A DNA stretch of 64,000 bases, from positions 1 to 64,000 of IMG/VR virus record IMGVR_UViG_3300027749_000065; one strand, given 5' to 3'. The DNA comes from a virus. Positions 58,401 to 64,000 of this stretch are shown here, piece after piece. Under the pieces are notes generated by a model, which saw only the letters and a program-made list of their open reading frames with translations, had not been told where the DNA came from and did no database searches. A program made the position numbers and the translations under genes. Positions within the stretch are counted from its first letter, which is position 1, and each line of letters opens with the position of its first letter.

Positions 58401-61266
58401 AAGTACATCAGACCTTGGAGTACATCCGTATTATGATGCCATTTATCATAATATTGTTAACAATTATGCACATTATGACATTACGACTGGTAATACATCA
58501 TTTAATTCAAATGTAACAAGTAACATAATAAATGGTAGTTATAAAATAAATGACAGTAAAAGATATTGGACAAGTTTTGTTGATAATTCTAAATTTGATA
58601 GTGAAGATAAAAGATACACTTTTTTACCATCTAGCGGAGGTAATGACATAACTAGTAAAATTTTTTCAAAAGGATATTTTACACCAAAAACAGAAATAAA
58701 TACTGAATCATTTTATGATGCGGAACAAACAAATTTAAGATTAATTTGGTCAGATGAAATTTTGGATGTGACAAATGAATTTAGTGGAAAAACTTTTCCA
58801 TCATATGGGCAATATAATAGAACATATAATAGTGGAAATACAAATGATAATTTATATAGTATTAATACAAATTTTAGAAAAGTTATTGATTTAATTGGTA
58901 CGTTTAGTCCTTTAATACTTGATGACTTTGAAAGTATTTTTTTAGAATTCGCAACAGAAAAAATTAATTCTTTAGCGCCATTTATTAGATTTAATAAAGT
59001 AAATTATTATAAATTCCAAGATTTATTAAAAGATATTGTTTCAGTTACAAAAAATGATGGAGATAGTAATTTAAGTATTGATGATTTGATAACACAATTA
59101 AAAACAAGACAAGTTACCAATTTAAAAGAAATTACTAATAAAATACTTTCTACTGAAAATTTATTATCTTTCACAATTACAAATCCAAAAGAAATAAATC
59201 CATACATGTTTGAAGGTTTTATTTTAGGAACAACTGGTAATACCTTTACTTATTTACCGTTTAATATCAGTCAAGTAACACCAATAAATTTAGAGGCAAT
59301 TAAATTATATATTGGTGAAGATATAGATAATTATTATGTTAATTTCTTTAGTGTTAATAATGTGGAATTAAATATAGAAAATATTAAAATATTTAGACCA
59401 TTAATATTATCATACGCTGGTTATGTTAATAATGGTAATGTAAATAATAGTATAAGTTTTAAAAATTATTTGGCGAATAATATATATGGTAAGAGTGCGG
59501 TAATACCAAAAAGTATGGGTTTCACTAATAGATTAAATTTTTTCTTAGATGTATTAATACCTCAATTTAAAAACTTATTAACTAGTACAACAAATAAAAG
59601 AATTGATATAACTGGTGGTTATAATATTGATGGTTTAAAATTAGAACTTTATAATTATTTTAAATCATTAAACGATAAATGGATTGCGGGTAATTCTATT
59701 GGTCAAAGAAATTTAATTGAAGAATTTTTATTTTTAGATAGGGCAAATAGAGATATTGGAGATAGGTTTTATTTAAATTTAGAAAGAATAAGTAATTTAA
59801 TGGATGATAAAAATATTAACCAAACATTGTATAGTGCGATTTCAATTTTAATTCAAGATTCAGGATTAGATATGAGAGCGTTACCAGCATATGTTAATTT
59901 TTATGGTACAAATTTTTCAAATGTAAGTAAAATCACACCATCTAAAAATGTGGCTAAAAACTTATTTGGTACATTTTTAGAAGTTGATTATCAAGAATCT
60001 TCACCAAAAATAATAATTCAATTAGTTTCAGGAGCATCAAAACATCCATCAGATATGGATAAAAAGGTTTATAAGTTTGCCGATGATAGTTTTAATATTT
60101 CGAATATTAATAATAATCCATTAATTGTAACATTACCAGAAGTGTATTCACCAGGTGTGTTAGCAAAATCAAATAAAGTTGTTGCATTTGAAGTTAGTTT
60201 TGGTGATGAAAACCAAGGTATATTTAAAGGTCTAACACTTAACCAAGATAGTTTAAAGAATACTACCGAGGCATTTATGGTTATGGAAAATTTAGGTAGA
60301 TCTGAATCAGGAGCAGGAACATATAATGTAGATGTTGGTTTATTTGAGTATTATAGACAAGCATCATATACTGTTACTGTTACATGTATGGGTAATGTAA
60401 TGATACAACCAACAATGTATTTCTATTTAAAGAATATCCCTATGTTTAAGGGGTCTTATTGGGTTATGGATGTTAGTCATTCAATTAAAAATAATTCAAT
60501 AACTACAACCTTTAAAGGGGTAAGAATGCCAGTCTCACCGTTTCCAGATCCTAAAGACTCATTTTTATCATCTTATAGAACATTATTCGATAAAATTAAA
60601 AATGTTGCAGTAAGTAAAGTTAAAGAAACAGACTTAAAAAATACAACAACAACTATTAATGTAACAACCAATCATGGTAATTTTAAAACAGATCCTGGCA
60701 CATTGTTAAAATCAGAAACAATCAATATGATTATGAATTTAGATGCTGGTGCGAACGCATTTGGTGTACATTATAATGGAGATGAAAATGTAGACACAAC
60801 AGTTCAAAGGATTAAATTTACAAATAATCCAGATGAAATATGGTTAAGAACAAGGGTAGTTAAAATGGGTGGAGCAAAATATGATGTAAAAGATAATAAT
60901 GAAATGCAATTAATCAGTTTATTGGACGCTAACCTCAGAGCGATAAATCCTAGAAAATTACCTTGGTCTGAGGTTAAAAATACTGGACAATATTTCTTTG
61001 CGTGTAAATTTGATTTACATTATACAACTCCAGATTATATTGCTGCAGCGACCACAACATTTTATAATCCAAATACAAAAGGTGATATATTTATATTACA
61101 ACCTAATTATCAATTAGATAAAAATAACGGTAAAATACAAGTTCAAGGGGCAATTGATATTATACCAAATAGTTTAAGTTATGGTATGGTCATGTCAGGT
61201 GAACTAATGAGAAAACTGAATTTACATGATAATGATGTAGTATATTTCAAAATGGAAAAAAAATAA
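55465..61266 (+). CDS. Very large baseplate hub/virion protein
   Basis: 1933 aa; FGI.S.NI, F.L.VKGFYG; C-terminal MGN.MIQPTMYF.L..PMF.G.Y.V..V.H (hub-like). Confidence 0.6.
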   Translation: MAINNLTNSEEILIKVDQNNLICIDPNSVVDSDGNVQPRGIQQENLVMYVNLEADLVPRTTLINNDNKNTMVSIAGGQLNFMRNQNGQDFDSTWTDTYTPYTNESYGSQNKMSENENGINPHLQQKWYDTSAQSFGIDSVNITINSAAIPRVSIMFIDVRGKTMFESPENSPYKTFFHVPWPIFYLTVKGFYGKAIRYRLHLVKFSSKYNESNGNFEISTDFVGSTFAYLSDIPLKGILNAPYMFSSESTTKPVFNPSTKTYDKKVSKTARGYSILKSVYAEYKQKGYLPEDFPVKTLREIAVVAQTLDKLFESEILSEVVNVEIFKVLKEMGDTILAFDNDVKTWARTTLSTQKELKNGDDYYYLLGTVSDKTSSAKIIGTTTTNTLESIITKYNKQLKETQTLANKIKLTSKNKIDLTKVNVKLIGEISNYYIQVGTNYLVAIDKLYNQIQEIHRTFEEQRVKFENIIEEKMNDIVKDPKKGIGFSPTVKNIFAVLLANAEVFIRLMKQTHASAFDVSEKRKNLISNFSTETIGENIYPWPEIKKQINNDQKVPVYPGNPDMISKLKSDDSTLWPEVNFVENFHGTATQKYDPLGEKEGGVNQINYIFDSNSSEYNSSKIGSISYLNKNIPYSEQIPTSILYEIYERAYNYTFFDSFNTNTLTELAKIEFENLSKSIKENDEITVLLHDKIINRNTLLTYLNTYSPLQRYPYYQDNLPTTDYLVNAISKPFKIEQYIPHSGISTDYQYPKLNENLLNYTVDDDRKYIYPFSSDLYLSYQNISKNNYQTNNISIDGNLQVDTLNGFICSPKKPKNWVKIGNNSGYTENLFSQKLLIGYSQVNILNTPYFHKQLYNDFNNGVNYGKYAGSAYLLLNSLPFYDLEDKLNFNINKSSINMATLFKEVGATHMIPYHLIVKWGSIYHRYKNYLLNGVDILDGFLTTGNTTTVVPGKTFFNYNQTGSTFTSYTISNIDIVYSGSTSDLGVHPYYDAIYHNIVNNYAHYDITTGNTSFNSNVTSNIINGSYKINDSKRYWTSFVDNSKFDSEDKRYTFLPSSGGNDITSKIFSKGYFTPKTEINTESFYDAEQTNLRLIWSDEILDVTNEFSGKTFPSYGQYNRTYNSGNTNDNLYSINTNFRKVIDLIGTFSPLILDDFESIFLEFATEKINSLAPFIRFNKVNYYKFQDLLKDIVSVTKNDGDSNLSIDDLITQLKTRQVTNLKEITNKILSTENLLSFTITNPKEINPYMFEGFILGTTGNTFTYLPFNISQVTPINLEAIKLYIGEDIDNYYVNFFSVNNVELNIENIKIFRPLILSYAGYVNNGNVNNSISFKNYLANNIYGKSAVIPKSMGFTNRLNFFLDVLIPQFKNLLTSTTNKRIDITGGYNIDGLKLELYNYFKSLNDKWIAGNSIGQRNLIEEFLFLDRANRDIGDRFYLNLERISNLMDDKNINQTLYSAISILIQDSGLDMRALPAYVNFYGTNFSNVSKITPSKNVAKNLFGTFLEVDYQESSPKIIIQLVSGASKHPSDMDKKVYKFADDSFNISNINNNPLIVTLPEVYSPGVLAKSNKVVAFEVSFGDENQGIFKGLTLNQDSLKNTTEAFMVMENLGRSESGAGTYNVDVGLFEYYRQASYTVTVTCMGNVMIQPTMYFYLKNIPMFKGSYWVMDVSHSIKNNSITTTFKGVRMPVSPFPDPKDSFLSSYRTLFDKIKNVAVSKVKETDLKNTTTTINVTTNHGNFKTDPGTLLKSETINMIMNLDAGANAFGVHYNGDENVDTTVQRIKFTNNPDEIWLRTRVVKMGGAKYDVKDNNEMQLISLLDANLRAINPRKLPWSEVKNTGQYFFACKFDLHYTTPDYIAAATTTFYNPNTKGDIFILQPNYQLDKNNGKIQVQGAIDIIPNSLSYGMVMSGELMRKLNLHDNDVVYFKMEKK

Positions 61267-61303
61267 TTTTATTCAATTTTTGAGATATTTATAATAAAAC
61301 ATT

Positions 61304-61507
61304 ATGGATAATAATAAATTAAACAATTCATTAGATAAATTTTTAAACCCAAATGTGGTTAATAGTTTTTCTAATAATGGAAAAGAACAAGAAGTTTGTG
61401 ATTTACAAACTGGAGAATGTTATACAATAAAATCTAAAGACGGTATCGTTGAAAGAATAAATAAAAGATTCATTACCGAAGACGGTAGACAATTATTACA
61501 AGACTAA
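61304..61507 (+). CDS. Hypothetical protein
   Basis: 67 aa, VCDLQTGECY; late motif upstream. Confidence 0.65.
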   Translation: MDNNKLNNSLDKFLNPNVVNSFSNNGKEQEVCDLQTGECYTIKSKDGIVERINKRFITEDGRQLLQD

Positions 61508-61512
61508 TTACT

Positions 61513-62163
61513 ATGTTAGAGAAACAATTACACGAAGAATTATTGCGTTACAGAGAAATCAATAATTACGGAAAAAGATTTATAAATGAACAAGCAGACC
61601 CAACTGAATTACCACCAGCACCAGGTGGAGACGTACCTCCTACAGGAGATGTTCCACCACCAATAGGAGATACCACAGTACCACCAACAGGGGATGTAGG
61701 AGCACCACCGACAGATACACCTCTACCTGAAGAAGATTCAACAGAAGAGATTGATATTACTGACTTAGTTAATATGACTAAAAATATTAAAAAAGATATT
61801 GATACAAGTAAACAAGATCATGGTTCGGTTATATCTAAAATGGATGATGTATTTACTAAACTAGATGACTTAGCAGCAAAATTATCTGAAATGGATGCGG
61901 TTATTCAAAAAATTGATCAATTAGGTGATGAGGTTAAACAAATGAAACCTGAAACTCCAATTGAAAAATTAGAAATGAGATCATTAGATTCATACCCATT
62001 CAGTCAAAAACCAACTGATTTCTTTAATCAGAAACAATCTGAAATGAAAGCAAGTGGTAAAAATGAATACATATTAAGAAAAGACGATATTAGTAACTAT
62101 TCTAAAAACACAATAAAAGATACATTTAACCAAGAAAACGAAGACGATGAATATAGGTTCTAA
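61513..62163 (+). CDS. Hypothetical protein with Pro-rich repeats and coiled coil
   Basis: LHEELLRYREI leader, PPTGDV repeats. Confidence 0.7.
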   Translation: MLEKQLHEELLRYREINNYGKRFINEQADPTELPPAPGGDVPPTGDVPPPIGDTTVPPTGDVGAPPTDTPLPEEDSTEEIDITDLVNMTKNIKKDIDTSKQDHGSVISKMDDVFTKLDDLAAKLSEMDAVIQKIDQLGDEVKQMKPETPIEKLEMRSLDSYPFSQKPTDFFNQKQSEMKASGKNEYILRKDDISNYSKNTIKDTFNQENEDDEYRF

Positions 62164-62518
62164 AGTGAAATTCTTCATGGAAATTCATGCACAATTTAAA
62201 ATTAACCATTGGCAAACTAAAGGATTTGCAAGACACGAGGCATTTGGCAATATCTATATGGAACTTATTGAATTGATTGATAGGTTTGTTGAGGAGGCCA
62301 TGGGTAAATACGGTAGATTTACATTAGAAGGTGATGATCAGACACTTGAATTAAAAAATTTAAGTGAGATTGATGTTAAATCAATGATTAAGACTATCAG
62401 AGAAGCACTAATACAATTTACCGATGAATTTGACGAGACGGATACTAACTTATTAAATATCCGTGACGAAATGTTAGGAGAAGTCAATAAGTTGAGTTAT
62501 TTGTTAACATTAGAGTAA
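62147..62518 (+). CDS. Ferritin/Dps-like protein (DUF5856-like)
   Basis: HWQTKGFARHEAFG..Y..L..LIDRFVE; LNIRDEM. Confidence 0.75.
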   Translation: MNIGSKVKFFMEIHAQFKINHWQTKGFARHEAFGNIYMELIELIDRFVEEAMGKYGRFTLEGDDQTLELKNLSEIDVKSMIKTIREALIQFTDEFDETDTNLLNIRDEMLGEVNKLSYLLTLE

Positions 62519-62613
62519 GAGAAACTTTATTTTTAGAAAACTATTATTACATTTTTTTTATTGATTTTATTTTACTATATTTGATTTATTAGAAACATTT
62601 TTAAACAATAATT

Positions 62614-63459
62614 ATGAGTACATTTGACGCGGTACTGGCACAGTACGAAAAAAACAAGAACGGTTCTTACAATGGAGTCCCACAGATGTCTGAAGCAGAC
62701 AGATTAAAAAAGTATTTCAACACGGTTTTACCGAAAGGACAAACCACTGGTGAAAAAAGAATCAGAATCCTACCTACTAAGGACGGTTCAACACCATTCG
62801 TTGAAGCTTATTTTCACGAAATTTTTGTAGATGGAAAGAAAGTAAAACTTTACGACCCAAAACAAGATGGTAAACGTTCTCCTTTAAACGAAGTAAAGGA
62901 AGGTCTATTAATGACCAAAAGACAAGAAGACAATTTATTGGCGAGACAATATACTTCTAAGAAGTTTTATATTGTTAAAGTTATCGACAGAGATAACGAA
63001 GCAGACGGTCCTAAGTTTTGGAGATTTAAACACGCTTCAAAAGGAGACGGAATCTTAGATAAGATTGTTCCAATTTGGAGAAACAGAGGAAATCTTACAG
63101 ATGTTAATGAAGGTCGTGATTTAACACTTTCATTATCACTTTTAAAATCAAATACTGGTGGTGAGTACACCGCAGTATCATCTATCATTCCTGAAGATAA
63201 AGCACCATTACATACTGATCAGTTAATTGCTGATAAATGGATAAATGATGAAATGACATGGGATAGTGCTTATGCAAAAAAATCTGAGGATTATTTAGAT
63301 TTAGTTGCCAATGGTGAAACACCAAAGTGGGATGCTGATTTGAAGAAATACGTTTCAATGAACGTATCTGAAGAAACAATTGGTACACCAAAAACACAAA
63401 CACCAAAAATTGTTGACCCACAAGAAGACGATGAACCCTCAGATGATCTTCCGTTCTAA
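62614..63459 (+). CDS. Single-stranded DNA-binding protein (gp32-like)
   Basis: RIRILP, VIDR, GRDL, acidic tail DDLPF. Confidence 0.8.
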   Translation: MSTFDAVLAQYEKNKNGSYNGVPQMSEADRLKKYFNTVLPKGQTTGEKRIRILPTKDGSTPFVEAYFHEIFVDGKKVKLYDPKQDGKRSPLNEVKEGLLMTKRQEDNLLARQYTSKKFYIVKVIDRDNEADGPKFWRFKHASKGDGILDKIVPIWRNRGNLTDVNEGRDLTLSLSLLKSNTGGEYTAVSSIIPEDKAPLHTDQLIADKWINDEMTWDSAYAKKSEDYLDLVANGETPKWDADLKKYVSMNVSEETIGTPKTQTPKIVDPQEDDEPSDDLPF

Positions 63460-63479
63460 TTAAAAAAATAATAAACTTT

Positions 63480-63530
63480 ATGGCATGGACTTATTTATTA
63501 TATCAATAATATGGTCTGTGCCATTTTTTT
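63480..63530 (+). terminator. Hairpin with U tract between ssb and recA
   Basis: ATGGCATGGAC...GTCTGTGCCAT TTTTTT. Confidence 0.6.
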
Positions 63531-63542
63531 CAAACAAAGAAA

Positions 63543-64000
63543 ATGGCTACAATTAAGAAAAAAGAAATTGGAGATTACAAAAGTAAGTATTCAAGTAAAA
63601 CAAAATATAAAGAAGAGAATTTTTACTTTTGCGGTGATGCTTTTTTTAAAGCGTCAGGTGTACCAGGTCCTATAATGGGTGGAATTAATATGTTTTTAGG
63701 ACATTCTAATTCATCAAAAACAACTGCAATGATTTTATCTGCTGCAGATGCACAAAAGAAAGGTGACCTACCTGTTTTTATTATTACAGAGAAAAAATGG
63801 GATTGGAAACACGCAGTTGAATTGGGGTTACAAGCAACAAAAGATTCTGATGGAGTATGGGACGGTGATTTCATATATAACGATACATTTGATTATATTG
63901 AACAAGCAACAGAATTTGTCAATGAATTATTAGATGCACAAGAAAAAGGTGAAATACCTCGTAATATATTATTTTTATGGGATTCAGTAGGTTCAATTCC
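63543..64000 (+). CDS. recA: RecA/UvsX-like recombinase (runs off the window end)
   Basis: MATIKKKE...FLGHSNSSKTT (Walker A), AQKKG..PVFIITE, LFLWDSVGS (Walker B). Confidence 0.85.
   Translation, partial: MATIKKKEIGDYKSKYSSKTKYKEENFYFCGDAFFKASGVPGPIMGGINMFLGHSNSSKTTAMILSAADAQKKGDLPVFIITEKKWDWKHAVELGLQATKDSDGVWDGDFIYNDTFDYIEQATEFVNELLDAQEKGEIPRNILFLWDSVGSI

Noticed and set aside
1-64000. Stop-codon reassignment as in Lak or some crAss-like phages
   Set aside because: Genes are full length under code 11, and TAG and TGA end genes at expected positions (e.g. tube 46444-46, endonuclease 47424-26)
1-64000. tRNA or rRNA genes
   Set aside because: None recognised by eye and intergenic gaps are short; a tRNAscan/Infernal run would be needed to exclude them

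Overview
64 kb of a very AT-rich, large T4-like (myovirus, probably jumbo) bacteriophage genome, read with the standard genetic code. The host is most likely Bacteroidota: there are canonical TTTG-N18-20-TAnnTTTG promoters, no obvious Shine-Dalgarno sites, and a DUF4494-like gene. The window runs from the 3' end of the major capsid protein gene to the 5' part of a RecA/UvsX gene. It contains neck, tail sheath, tube, tape measure and baseplate genes, a family B DNA polymerase, a SNF2 helicase with a class 3 intein, SSB, a gp55-like sigma factor, nucleotide enzymes, three glycosyltransferases and five free-standing homing endonucleases. Highlights: (1) a dUTPase broken into two genes by a naturally split intein with atypical catalytic residues, with an endonuclease gene between the halves; (2) endonuclease genes whose start regions are folded into hairpins containing a phage late promoter; (3) an unannotated +1/-2 frameshift extension of the tail chaperone; (4) a family of unrelated cargo domains (ART, permuted kinase, flavoprotein, WYL and others) sharing terminal peptides that look like capsid-targeting or prohead-protease signals; (5) strong enrichment of an [S/T]-G-x-T motif in virion proteins alongside phage glycosyltransferases, suggesting a virion glycosylation system; (6) a 15-bp tandem array that may be a replication origin. 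All family assignments come from motif recognition by eye, not from database searches.
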